A DNA stretch of 64,000 nt from positions 1,426,001-1,490,000 of the forward strand of contig NOWV01000002.1 of NCBI GenBank assembly GCA_003344405.1, in the 5' to 3' direction. A program made the translations under genes and the position numbers. Positions within the stretch are counted from its first letter, which is position 1, and every line of letters begins with the position of its first letter. Below are positions 1 through 14,089 of this stretch, piece after piece. The notes beneath the pieces were generated by a model that worked only from the letters and a program-made list of their open reading frames with translations, ran no database searches and had not been told where the DNA came from. Origin of the DNA: Trichoplax sp. H2. Taxonomy: Eukaryota.

Positions 1-1432
1 ATCCTAACAATCGAAAATCCGTCGTTAAACAGGCAAAAAGTGGATAATAAATTAGGGTAGCGCGGATGACCACAAAGATACCAATTAAGACTATAAGGCA
101 TCCAAAGATGTTGTCATTAGAATTATCATGCCTTGATTATGACGATTAATTCGGTATCATTGCTAATAGTACAGTAGTCTGCTGTTGTGCTATCTATGTA
201 AATAACAAGCTTACATAATTTAAATGCCATGAAATAGAAGCTACTGCATTTGATTTAAATCTGAGTTATACCTGAGACCCAACGACTTGGATGAAATGTT
301 TGATTACTGAAGAGTGTTAATATTGCTGTTGTGGATACGCCGAAAGCCATCGCGTAGCCGAAGCGATTTTTACCTACTTCCAGTAAGTTTACTGGACTTC
401 AATGTAGAAAAGTTTTCATCAGTCTTATAACTCATATATAGGCTAAAAAACTTTACAGAACGATAAATTAACATGGAACGGACATATTTTAAGTTAAGGA
501 TTTTTCCCACATTATCATCACGAACGTACTATATCAAACCAGGATAACCATGACAATATTTTCTCATATATTTTCTCTTATGCAACAAGGTTAGAACAAG
601 GACAATTGAAGCCTGTAAACGAAATTATAAAGGGCCAGAAAGTATTATAACACACTAGTTTATTCAAATTTTTAGATAGAGTACAAGTATATTAAATATT
701 TAAAAATATCTAATTGATAAATATTAAAGATAAAAACATTGATAACAATAGTAGATTAAAATTGTTTCGCTGCTGTTTCTAAGACTAGTACATTTAGAGG
801 GTCATGGATGCAGAGAGATATTTGATATTTTAGACGTTAAGAATAGATGTTTAATTGATATCAAGAGAGTATTTATAAATATATTAACTATTACGATGTT
901 GCTTATCCAGAGGGCATAATCAGATATGATCCCTGAAGAAAGTGCTAATAACCATCACTATCAAACGGTTATTGAGATTATTGTTGATGCCAAAAATTTA
1001 GAATATCAATCAGCTCATAAGAATTGCTTTACTAGAATTTAATCATCAATGAACTTAAAAATAGTGCCGAATTTATTTCAAGCTGATTATACACTTTGAT
1101 ATAGGTTTTAAACCATTCATTACAATATAATTATTTGATTGATCTGTCATTTAAATGCTATAGTAGTACTAGGCCTGTGGATAAAATTATGCCTTCAAAA
1201 TATCCCTTATAAATCGTTCAAGTAATTGCTACATTTTTATTTTAAATATATCTTTCGTAAAAATTCCTAGTATTAGTCTTTAGAGTAAGAGAAAAACTGT
1301 AGTAGTCTAAATTTAGTAGATCATTACATTTCTAATTTATTATACATTCTACTTCAACTTACCGCTACTGTAGTTTGCGCTGATATTATCACGGTGTCAT
1401 TGAGATAATCGCTACACGTGAAGTTCGATGAA
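1..1432 (-). CDS. STRA6: STRA6-like multi-pass membrane receptor, paralog 1 (partial: 3' part runs off the window, start exon not found)
   Basis: GT-AG exons 1363-1432 (SSNFTCSDYLNDTVIISAQTTVA), 530-612 (ASIVLVLTLLHKRKYMRKYCHGYPGLI), 272-396 (PVNLLEVGKNRFGYAMAFGVSTTAILTLFS) and 1-90 (VLIGIFVVIRATLIYYPLFACLTTDFRLLG). The PVNLL..NR..YA.AFG and YYPLFACL motifs are typical of the STRA6/STRA6-like family. Exon phases match the paralog at 5286-10195. Confidence 0.85.
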
Positions 1433-3481
1433 CTGCAAAAGAAACAATATGAAACGCTCTATTAGTGAAGAAAATTCACTAACTTTCATATCCTAAATAA
1501 AGCTATAACTAATTAAATCAGCAACTACTCCAAATGATGGTCGATTTGCCTCCTAGTATTACGAGTGAATAAAGCACAGAAGTATCGCCGTCTCTTATTT
1601 TAATCGAACTATGTGTTAATGTCTTAGTCCATCTTGAATCATAGGATTAGTAGGGTAACATGGAATGATAAAACAGTGAACGATTACGGCTCTAGCTCTA
1701 ATATCTTTTCAAACATATCGTCATTATATGGCGGTATAACGTAATTAAATGTCATGGCCGTAACCAATACAATTCTCAGCCAGTCATTAAGTGCTCTGAT
1801 TTAGCACATAAAGTTAATAATATTAACCAGACTATTTTATTATCTTCCAAAAGAAATGACTATATTAGCAATTTTAATTGATTCGATTAGATTTAAGTTT
1901 TAAGGAAAGATTAATCGCTGAAAACCTATTCATGGCGAAGCGGGTTTCTTCGTAAACTGGATTTCCTGAAACGTTGAGTACGAATTTGAAAATGCTGTGG
2001 CAATAGTTTACTTAAGTATAAAATGAGATTTAGCTACTAGAATATAAGGAAATAAGATTGGAATCAAATATCATCTACTAATTAGTCGATTACTGTAGTT
2101 TTTGTAACTTGAAGTTTATAAATAATACACATCGCCAAGCAGGTTTATGGCAGTAGTACAGCAGCGATGCCCAATGGCTTCTACCAACTGCAGCCCAATC
2201 GATTATGTTAATTTCCGTATCTTGATCCTCAGGCGGTCGTTTTCTATTATTATAAAAAAACTTGAATAGATAATCAAGGCGTGGGGCTAACTATAGTTCA
2301 AGCCTTGCTAATAATCAAATGCCTGTAGGCTTCTGCAGTAAAATTACTTAAGTAAATAGCTCAATTATTTCTATTCATATTGATGACATTGTTCACTGTC
2401 CCATTACATCTTTTCATCGCTAGTCTGCGCATATAATAAGGCCCTACTGTCTCAAGTCTGGCTGTATTTTTTCGTCAATATTGATTTATATATCGATCGT
2501 ATACTACTTGATAGTATGTTATTATTCCAGCCAGCATAGATCTTTGTAAGGTATTATCTTTTCAAAAGTTTCCGTAAATCTTATCAAGTTGTTATATATA
2601 TATATAGACTATTTGTCTTACATATAGACCATAGAGATAAGGGAAAGCTAGAGTGCTAACTTACCTTACTCAGTATCTGCATTTCATAAAGAAACAGCAT
2701 GGAGCTATGGGCTATCGCGTTACTACTACTTTGTGTATATGAGAATGTTTTTTAGATCTATTTATAAACTATCGAATGCTTTGGCGTTTAATGATTATAA
2801 ATATGTTATACAAGTATAGTTGATAATATAATAATTATTATACTTAGTAAAATTAATATTAAAAGTACAATTAACATTAATAAACTGGGAATGTGGCAGC
2901 TGCAGAGCTACACATCGCATTAGCGATACACTACTACAGCAATCATAACTTGATTACTAAGTACTAAAAATACTGAAGTAGAGTCTCTTTAGGAAGGTAG
3001 CATCATCATGCATCCAGGATGATACCTAATTTTTTGTCTGATTCGATGGAATCAGCTCAATTTTTTTTGTAGCATGAAAGCGTAGTGTATAACCTTAATA
3101 AGGTTAATGAAAGCTGTATGTACTAGAGCTCTTACTGTGATGTAGACGCACAGTGCATATTTAGTTCTAGGACATAATATATTTACTGTCACTATTATTA
3201 TATTGCCTTGTAGGCAGCTCTATTTGTACCATTATTGTAAACATGATGATAAACTTCAACCATCGTTTCGATCTCAGACTGCAACAAGGCAGTATTACGT
3301 ATCCAATTTTAACAAATGCGAGTAATTCCGATATTATTGGCGAGTTTTACTGCAATACCTCAGATTAGAAAGATTTCGAAGGCTATCTTGAACATTTGAA
3401 TGCTTATTCAATATTTGCCATCACGCATGCAGCTCTCATTGTGAGCATTACTACTACTCGCATAGATTCCCTAGTGAACCG

Positions 3482-3968
3482 GACTATCGTATTGATTTGA
3501 AGCGATCATGTCTTAACGTTAAAATTCCTTATTCATGGCCTTACACCGTACAGTATATCATCAGTAAGCGTTATTAACTAGCCGTAAAATATTTTATTTT
3601 TCTGCTGTATATCATCTTACGTTATTTGAAGCATATAAATGCATAGTCAGGGACTTTTGGAAAATTAAGATTTTCCGAAAAGACTCTAGCATAATATAAG
3701 AATACATGACACTAGGCTATCAATGCCAAAATATTACATAATCGATCGGGGCTACCGTATTGGTCTGAAGTAAACTTGCCTAAACTTAAAATTCCCTATT
3801 CATGATCTTACGCACTACAGTATATCATCAGTAACCATTATTAGTCAGCCGTAGATATTTTTATTTTGTACATCATTTTATGCTATTGAAGCCTTGTAAA
3901 AGCATAATCAGGGACTTCTGGAAAATTGATTGAAATTTTTCGAAAAGTCGGTAGCATAATATAAGAAA
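3482..3968. repeat. Diverged tandem duplication, unit ~265 bp
   Basis: aaaattcc(t/c)tattcatg...cagtatatcatcagtaa...tcagggactt(t/c)tggaaaatt...tagcataatataagaa occurs at ~3521-3702 and ~3789-3967. Confidence 0.8.
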
Positions 3969-5285
3969 TGCAGCATTGTACCCTTGAAACTCGCTATTAC
4001 ATCATTTAAAGCTGTGAAATGACGTCTTCGTTTGCAAAATATGGCTAGCTAGTAATATTGTTACTGCTGAGTAATTTAGGGTGTCGGCAAGAAACCATAG
4101 ATAAGGTAAATTTATGAAATAAAATCAATTGTTGCAATTATGATAAGTATTATTTATTTTAATCCATCAATTAGAAATATTCATTCGCTACTTTTATAAG
4201 ATCAAGAACATAGTAAAATTTAAATTATGAATAACTGTACTACTAAGGCCTTCTAATATGTACTAGATATAACTGAGTGAATTGCGGCCGAAAATGAAGA
4301 TCATACATGATATAGGCGTACATAAACAAAGCTTAGATATTACTCGTATGTAAAAAGTTTTTCACTGCAGTATTATAAATATTATAACCGTTTTAGAATT
4401 ATTTATGACATACCTGTAACACACCAAATAACCACTTCAATGTTTAAAAGGTAAAATCTCAATTAAAATGACATCAGCCGTAAAGATATAAACTTATGAT
4501 GAAGTAAAGGTAAATTTAAGCTTGAAAAGTTATAACAGTATGAAAATTATATAACCCGGACAACTTAAATCATTATCAAATGGTTAGCTTTAAACTTAAA
4601 TCAGAGCTATGCTGAAATGAATATGGCAGCATGTTTGGAGATTTTAGTAGTTGAACGTCTTGGATTCAAATTTAAGTTATTTTCTACCGCAATTGAATAT
4701 TGATAGGATAATAATGATGCTATATTGATTTGATTGAAGGTTATTAATGCTGTAATTATATTGTATTGGTTTATGCTAAATTGCATAAGACTAGTTATGA
4801 GAAGGTATATAGCTACTATCTCATTTACTTCATTAAAGACTAGTACTTGAACTGTCCTCTATTTTTTAATAGTGTTTGGTTACATCTTGAGGTATTTGGT
4901 TTTAAATAATTTCCTATAAGAATCTGCGTTTAGGAAGGAAACAACCGTTGTTTTCTTAATTTTTAAAGATACAGAAAAATACTTAAGTTAAAATTTTAAC
5001 GGAAAAGAGCGCACTTATGATCTTAATTTTAAGCATTGGGATAGATATGAAAAAAACCTAGATTACAGCTTAGTCATGATCATATCTTAATAAATTCCAT
5101 TAGATCGGTAATAAGTATGAAATCATTTCAATTCTGTGATATGAGCTAAGAAATGCCTTTATGGCTACTTGGTGAAGCAAATAGTATATGAAAAAATGTT
5201 TGTGGAAACCATGGTACTATCTCCACCAATTAGTTGAGATTAAATTATTTAGCTGCTGTTGCATTTTTAATTTGAAGTATACCTT

Positions 5286-8200
5286 TTACAACAAATATTC
5301 ACGTGCCTCCTTGCCCTCATGATCTCTTGCAATGTTACCAGTACTATTTGAAGCATGTCGAGATTTTACACCAGGATACGGAGGCCGTCTTCGTGCAGCG
5401 TTTTCATCTTTTGGGGAATCGGTATTAGTTTTGACTCCACCTGATAATTCACCCATGCTATTACTTAAGGATGAAAATTGAGCTTTTTTATCTACGACCT
5501 CTAAGACTATATTTTGTCGCACTGTCTCTATTTCATCGTTACTTTGTCCATGACTACTACCAGTTGGTGAAAGTGGTGCTACTGCTGTTTTAACATTTGA
5601 GATTATTTGGCTGTTTTGCCGACTGCTTTCTTTAGCGGTAGCCAATGATTCGTTAGACCCTTCCATAGTATTATGAATAACATCATTCGAGATATTAGCT
5701 TCGGCTGGGACACTATTGGCAATATCATAATTACTTCGACGGACATTATCTAATAGTGAATTAACTGATAATTTTCTTCTTCTTATAGCAGCCTGATCCT
5801 CATGATGTTCTTCTTCTAGCTTTTCTATTTCTCTCAACTCTTCCAGATACCCTTTACGTAGTTTACGTAACGTTTTGTTCCGAATGAGAAGGACAGCCAC
5901 TCGCCAGCGGTTGTAAGCTTGTATATTTCGTATTTTGAATTCTGATTCTCTAGGATTACCCCATTTTTCGTCATCCGATCCCCCTATTTATAATGTTATA
6001 ATAATAACTGGTTACATAAACGTGCACAGCAGTAAACCTACCGATTTACATGTGGTCATAAATTTTAGTATTTTCAATAACAATAAAATCGGCCATTTCG
6101 TACCATAATAAGCGACTTTCATATCATGACTTGATTTTATAAAATCCTTATTAAGCAAAATCTCACAAAAGGTTACCAGTACTGGATGACAATGTATGTG
6201 TTCTACATACAAGAATCCCAAGTAACCATCAAATCCTAGATATTTGCAATCAGGCACAGATGATAATTAAGATTCGGTAATTGTTTTCAACTAAGCTGCG
6301 AAACAGCAATAAAGCTCATAATTTGGAATTTCTACCATCAGTACATTTTGCAAACACTACAGATCTTGCTATGAAATACACGCAAAATAAGTGTAGATCA
6401 ATCTACTTTACGGAATATCGCTATTTATGATTTGTGTTACAGTCATGTTAGTTTTATGAATTTTTTACATAAACTAAGGTTACTTGAGACTATAATTACC
6501 TGAATCAAACATTTCGAAAGGACTCATCAGTAAACTGCAATCCATTCTTGATAGCAGTAATAGCCCAAGTATGATTGACTTACCAATACGAAATAAGCAC
6601 GAGAAAAAACCACACATGACATTATAGAAGAAGATGAAGTAGTCAAAATTGTGATACAATCGCCTACAAATTATAATAAAGTTGTCGTAAGTTTCATAAG
6701 ATTGTGTATCAATCACCTTAGGATAAAAAAGATATACCTGTTGTCTAAAGCATTAATATTCCCATGCTCTTGACAAAAAAAGTACTTACTAACCAAAAAC
6801 TGCCAGATATTTATTAAAATAGTGCACGTCGCGATGGGTCTGTCATTGAGTAGTAATAATGCATTAGTACTGATGTCATTATTAGATAAAGTGAGAACAA
6901 AAATACTGTATCTTACATGACAAAGTCTAAAAACCAGGTACTACCAACTCCTTCTAATGGATAAATGATGCAGTATATTACGAATAAGATGCCCAGACAC
7001 AATATGAAATGAATAGCGACGAAAGCTATTGTTTTATAAAAAACAAACAGAATGATTATATTATTAAATCGGCAAGGACTTGGCTAGAATTTATATAACG
7101 AAAATTTATCTTCAAATTTCATAGATACCCCATAGCATATATGAGATCTGATATCCAGCGTAGCAGATACTTGATTGCTATATTTAAAAGGTAAAGTTAT
7201 CACTTAGTACCAAGAATTAACACTTTTTCTGTTAGGATTAGTATTATGTGTCAATCTCATGACGACAATTAGAGTATAGAGTATGAATATTTCAGTCATG
7301 TCTTACTATAACGGAGCCAAATGAGGTATATTTATCAATAGGAAGTTCAGATTTTTCACCACGGTACAGTTTGAATTTGTTAATACTAACCAAATAGTGA
7401 ATAAGAAATTTAGTTCATCGATTTACCAAATAAAGTAACATGCTTATAATAAAGGTTAAAATCGAAACACTATTGCAATTTTTCTTAATATTTACAAGCA
7501 AATTAAGAAATAGTATCTACAATGTACCGATAGAGGATGAGCATATGGGATAGGTATAACGCGTTTAAACTGCTGGCAATAACAGTTACGACTATCCAGG
7601 TATCTAAAAGTTAATTTGATAAATACACGTATATTAAGTTAAGGGCAATTTATTACTAAAATCCTTCATCAGAAGATATTTTTTAATTACAGTCTTAAAG
7701 TTTCTCACCCCTGCAGTTGTAAACAAATTGTAAGTTATCCTTCTTTGACGCATTTAGCACAATAGTTAGGTATTCTGAATATTGCATTACCCAGTTTTCG
7801 AAAGGATTGAAAATGTTCGAAGCAAGGTAATAGTACATCACTGTAATCTAATTGACAGTAGTCATAATATGGTTAACATTTCCAATGAGGCGCAGTCATA
7901 GGAATAATTTAAATCATGTAGCTTCTGTTTATTAATTTTAATGACAATGTTGAACCTCATATAAGGCAATAGCTGCAACGACGAAGGTACACAAAATCCT
8001 CGGTGGGTATTTAAAGTCTATTAGCAATAATTAAAGCAGCATATTTGATTGACATCGTGTGATTGAAAGACTTCATAACAATAACTACACCAATAATATG
8101 CCAATTGACTTTCATTTGACTTACGCGGCTTAGGTTTATATAAGTACTTGGTAAGGAAAGCCCTTACGGAATTAGGCTTTTTTTCTTCTTCCGTTTCGCT

Positions 8201-10195
8201 ATGTGTAATAAATGATTACAATCTATTAATATTATCGTATACTTTAGCGTAAGCTGTACCTAGGTTATAAATTCAACAATTATGAAACATTGTATAATTG
8301 TATTTGCGTGCAAGTATATTAATGCTGCAGGTCTGCCATAACAACTTATGGCACACGTACAAATCGGATTCTTCAGCGGCTTTCAAAAGAAGCTTCACGT
8401 GAATGAATTGATAGTTTTGTAAATGAACGAAAGGACGGAGTTTCTGTAAAATTAGACAAACCAATTTTAAATAAGAGAATTTTAACAATATATATATATA
8501 TATCATGTTAACTGTAATAGATTATCGCTATTAAACGTCATATCTAAGCAGCTACAGTGTAGCACATCACTAATAGCGTATGAGAATGTTGCTATCGATA
8601 TCTTAGCAAATATAACTTACTTCTTTCTGCGTAATTCCTTTGACGTGATTATAGATTGCAAGAATGATCAAATATCCAAAATGACACTCCAACCACGCCA
8701 AGCATATAAATATTGGAATATTTAATACAACGTTGGAATAAGGTCCCAAAGACTGTTGATGTACATACGATACAGAGTAACGCAGGAGAGGAAGAAATTA
8801 AATAAAGAATATTATTATGTATAGTTATAACAGCAAACTCGATATATCGACACCAGGGTAAGAAGGTATAGCACAGAATATCAAGAATATAAAGTTGTAG
8901 TGCAAATATATCCTTAGATTCACCAATTACCTGAAATGAAGGGCAGTAAATAACACCTAGGAGATGGATAGCCGCTCTATAGGTTAAAGAGACCGTATGA
9001 GGACAAAGGTTTATTAGCAGTTCATAGGACTTAACATGGATGAACTCAAAAGGTAGAAAATACGGTGATAACTTACATGTCCGCCGAATGAAGGAAACCT
9101 AGAACCGCTCCTAAAAGTCGAAATTTGGACGACAGGCAAGCGAACAGTGGATAGTAAACAACGGACACTCGGAAGACGATAAAGATACCGAGTAGTACTA
9201 GCAATGGAATGGAAGTTAAAAATAAATTAACCTTTCCTTGTCGACATTATTAACAGTTATTTTGTATGGAATTGACTCTCAATGTTGCAATCAAAGCTTG
9301 AATTGGCGTTGTTGTTTTTTAATCGCCATTATTTTACCTGAAACCCAGTAATTTCTGTCGAAGGTTTGATTAGTAAACAGAGCTAACACAGCGGTAGTCG
9401 ATGCTCCAAAGGCCATTGCATAACCAAAGCGGTTTTCGCCAACTTCTAACAAGTTGACTGGGCTATGGATTAAATTTATGCATACAGTATAATAGTTATC
9501 AAAATTGTCATACTTTAAAGAAAAATCATTTAATATCGTTTACATTGAAGCATTATATAAGCAACGGTATACGATCGACGTAATAGTTAAAATATTGCAA
9601 ATTATCCACATACAATATCCATCCTGGATAACCATTGCAATACTTGTGCATATATTTTCTCCTTTGCATTAGCGATAGGATAGCTATGATAGCAACCTGG
9701 AAATAAAGGTATGAAACCTAACTACAGCGTGAATGAATTACCAACATTACATCATATGAAAGCGTGGACGTCTGTAATAACGACTGATTTAATGAAAAAT
9801 GAGTAAAACTTGATTGAATCTTATGTTCTACTGAATAGTTTTACACCTTATAACTTGGTGAAATAATGAGATCACTTGCTTCAAGTATTTTTTTCATTGT
9901 ATATGACTACATAGCACAGCGTTAAGAAATGCCCATTACTGTTCTACTGTTGATAAAATAGCATCTTGCAATAAAGTGTAAATCACACATTTTGTACTGT
10001 ACAACGATACTGTAATTTTTACCACTAGAATGGAATATGTCCTTTGCTTAATCCAATATCTTGATTAGCATGAATCAAAGTCTAGGTATTTTTACAATTG
10101 AAGCAGTTTTCCTTACCGCAGCTGGATATTGAGACCAAATCGCTGGTCCTTCGTTGAGAAATGGACGACATGTATAGTTTATTAAACTTGAGTTG
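5286..10195 (-). CDS. STRA6: STRA6-like multi-pass membrane receptor, paralog 2 (many exons; start exon not identified)
   Basis: Spliced exons include 10117-10195, 9614-9696, 9338-9462 (PVNLLEVGENRFGYAMAFGASTT), 9077-9197 (YYPLFACLSSKFRLLG), 8931-8976, 8621-8752, 8361-8443, HFKYPPRILCTFVVAAIALYE (~7957-8018), KYFFCQEHGNINALDNR|RLYHNFDYF...LLSRMDCSLLMSPFEMFDSG, GYLGFLYVEHIHCHPVLVTFCEILL, and a last exon 5286-5983 with AYNRWRVAVLLIRNKTL. These match STRA6-family motifs (LxNRRxFH, HPxxxxFCxxLL, RNRWxxAxTLxxN). Confidence 0.88.
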
Positions 10196-11454
10196 CTATA
10201 AGATTGGAAAAGAAAAACAATCTACTTTTTATAGCCATTTGGGTGTTTGATATTCTGCATTGCATGGCTTGTATGGTCTATCTGCAGTAGGAAAGTTCTA
10301 CGTCGATAATACACAACTAACTTATCAATTACATGATGCATTAAAAAGTTGATTAGATGCGCTATAGTCTCTTAGCGTAGGTAAGCATTTCAACGATGTT
10401 TGAACGAGTGCAGCAACACTAAGACAGCACTACAGTGTTTTATATCATGGTTGTCTATTACAACATGGCTATCATGATTCGATATCAGATAGCCGAATCT
10501 TATGATAGGACAAAAAGTTTGCTCTGCAAGCTGACAACAGCCCCAAAGTATGCGGCAGTCAGCGGCAATATACTCTTTGTTGCTTAAAACTGGCGTATCA
10601 ATATTGCTTTTAAGAAATTTCTGACGAGAAGTTTGGTTTAAATAAGCATGTAGTTCTCATGATTCAAGATTACGTATGTTGGCATGACATGGTGATTTTT
10701 AGAAGCAATTTACGACGACCAAGTTCATAATTGCCGCTTACTACAGTACAGTAGATGGCATTTTCAATATAAGGAAAATGGCGTACGTCCAGTATCACTA
10801 GAGGGCATCAAGTTCAAAGCTAGTCTATAATTAGAACTGTTGTCTACTTCCACCAGAAGGCTAGCCATTCATAGCTAAACGGTCAATGATTCGATTCTCT
10901 GATGTACTGATGTAGAGAAAGGGAGAACTTGGTTATGCTATTGCTTTTTTTTTTTGAATTGACAATTTTTAGACCCATACGATCAAGTTCAACATTCTAC
11001 TTGAACTGTATGCATGCTAGTACTTGGACAAGCAGTTGTCAAGTTAATGTGAACAAACATTCATTGATATTTTGGAAGGGAATCCATGGATTACAGTATG
11101 TACCTGTCCATTTTGCTAATCTAGTATTCCAATCCAATTGGCCAACCAGTCTATAGCATCGTCAGCGGTGAAAATCAAGAAGTAACGACCAAGTCTTCAA
11201 CTAGGGTTAGAAAAATGCTTGCCCTGGCTTTAACTTGGAAGACCAACTTGTAGTAGAGCGGATTAGCGAAACAATTTTCAAGCTTTTAGATCAATTTTGT
11301 CTTTTGCCAAGCGTTGTGTCTGCCTACGATTGAGTATTCCTTTGGGATATGCCTACTGTCTACTACCTTACTGTACTCTGGTATGAGTTGGTAGTTATTT
11401 CTATTGCAGTACTGTACTAGCTGAAACACCCGTCGGTCGTCGCTTTACTGCTGG

Positions 11455-12620
11455 TACTAAATTATAATTTCTTGTACAACCCACGCTTGTTGTACTTTCT
11501 ACAATCTGGATATACTTTTTATTTTTGGATCGTTAAAACATGTTGATTTGTGCAAGTCTATTTGTTTGTTCCCTACTCCTGGCTACTGTACAATTTAGTA
11601 TGCCGAAAATACGCTACTTTATTTGCAATGGCATACACTACGCGATACGTCTAGTAGTACTTTGTTTGCTATGACATAAACTACGAGATATGTCTGGTGC
11701 TACTTGAAGTTGTAATTGCTTGTAGAACCCACCACTTGTTTTACAATCTGGATGTACTTTTTACTTTTGGATCGTTTAAAACATGTTGACTTGTGCAAGT
11801 CAATTTGTTTTTCCCCTACTCCTGTACAATTTAGTACAAGTTCGTATGTTGAAAATACACTACTTTGTTTGCAATGACATACACTACGAGATACGTCTGG
11901 TAGTATTTTGTTTGCTATGACATAAACTACGAGATATGTCTGTTACTACTGTAAGTTATCATTGCTTGTAGAACCCACACTTGTTCTACAATCTGGATGT
12001 CCTTTTTACTTTTGGATCGTTTAAAACAGAAGTTAGTATGTTGAAAATACACTACTTTGTTTGCAATGACATAAACTACGAGATCCGTCTGGTAGTATTT
12101 TGTTTGCTATGACATAAACTACGAGATATGTCTGGTACTACTGTAAGTTATCATTGCTTGTAGAACCCACACTTGTTCTACAATCTGGATGTCCTTTTTA
12201 CTTTTGGATCGTTAAAACATATTGACCTGTGCAAGTCTATTTGTTTTTCCCCTACTCCTGGCTACTGTACAATTTAGTATGCTGAAAATACAGTACTTTA
12301 TTTGCAATGGCATACACTACGAGATACGTCTGGTAATACTTTATTTGCAATGGCATACACTACGAGATGCGTCTGGTAGTACTTTTGCTTGCAATGGCAT
12401 AAACTATGAGATACGTCTGGTACTACTGTAAGTTATCATTGCTTGTAGAAGCCACACTTGTTCTACAATCTGGATGTACTTTTTACTTTTGGATCGTTAA
12501 AACATGTTACACCTGTGCAAGTCTATTTGTTTTCCCCCTACTCCTGGCTACTGTACAATTTAGTATGCTGAAAATACAGTACTTTATTTGTAATGGCATC
12601 AACGATGAGATACATCTAAA
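11455..12620. repeat. Higher-order minisatellite: about 5 units of ~190-290 bp, each with 2-3 copies of a 43-bp inner repeat
   Basis: Marker caatctggat recurs at ~11502, 11744, 11990, 12181 and 12466. Inner motif tacgagatacgtctggtagtactttgtttgcaatgacat recurs at 43-bp spacing (e.g. 12318, 12361, 12404). Confidence 0.9.
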
Positions 12621-14089
12621 TATATCTTGTTGTCCATGGCAAGACAGTATACTCGTTCGCACTGTATAAGCTTCTCCATATTGCCGATGCTGTACAGTAG
12701 TTGGTTTGAGTAAATGGTAAGGTAGCGATCATAGACTAGATTGTACGAGTGTTTATCAATGAATTTCTTGATTAGAATTTTCGCCATCCACTACAATCCA
12801 TTGTCGTAGGTGTATAGTGGAAAATTGCTGCAGTATTCTAAGTTGTGCTATACTACGAATTGAATTGTTCGACCAACCAACTCTTTTCTATTCTACTAAA
12901 TTCTCATTAACTTCATGAATGATGATGCATCATGAATGCAGTCATCATGCAGTACAATGTCCTTGGACTCTTTAGGATCATTACAACGTGATAATCTGAT
13001 TTTTTCTAGCGTGTTAGGTTGAATAATTCCCAAAAAAAAAAAATGATTTATACCACTGTACTGCTATCCTATCACAGATTACATCATTATGTAAGCTGCA
13101 TATATAATTTATACTGAAATTTGCAATGGCATATTGGTAAATATGAAATTATACTGTGGCAAATCAGTAATTTCTCTCTAAAAAGAAAAACTTGATGCCT
13201 TACCTTCTTTTAGATATACACAATTGCATTATACAGTAGTTGAGTCAATGTATACGTGTATAATATATGCGGGGTTAATTTACCCCACTGTTGAGCACAT
13301 ATTTTACTTTGTACAGTAGGTAAATTTGTCATTCGATGACAGACATTAACTTAATGAAGGTAATTCTGTAGTACAATACGTCACGGAAAGTCTGGACACA
13401 TCTTATTTAGTTCTGTATTAAAAATGTGTCCAGACTTTATTTTTCAAATTTTGCATGCAGTAAAATCATGTTCTGGAAAATTGTAATTTCGGAAACGGCC
13501 ATATTCTGCGCCATTCAGCTGTCTGTATACTGTACGTATATCCATCGCTGAACTCGCCATACTCCCCATGTTGTTATCAAGTTTTGCAATTTTTCCATTC
13601 ACGTCTAGTTAAAAAGGTAGATACTTTTGTGCACTGTTGATGAGTCGATGGCCTACTATTTATGTACCTAAAAGAGCGTATTCACGTAGGAAGACGGTTA
13701 GTACCCAGAGCAAAATCAACTTGGGAGTGAAACAGCATGTTCACAGACCTTTACGACAAATAATCTGCCCTATTTCCATGAATAAGTATGTCGTTCTTAC
13801 TGTACAGTGTACATGGACCAGCGGAAGAATATCTAGGTATATTTCTAGTGGCCTATGACTGTACTATATAGTTAAGCTTTTTCTATTGGTTATAATATTA
13901 TGATGTGGATGATCGATAGTGTAATTTGCTTATTTTTCTAAATTCAGTACCATTCCGTTGATCTCGATTCTATTTTACCAAGTTCAACTAGGGAGCAATT
14001 CTACAACGCCATGATTCGCCATGGGCTTGATTCAAGCCCTTGAATGAGTCGAAACGTGATTGCGCAAGATAGACTGCTGAACATCCATA

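Noticed and set aside
11455..12620. CRISPR-like array, and ORFs 12222-12431 and 12406-12669
   Set aside because: Eukaryotic context, no cas genes, and the intervening segments are themselves repeated rather than unique spacers. The ORFs are translations of the repeat.
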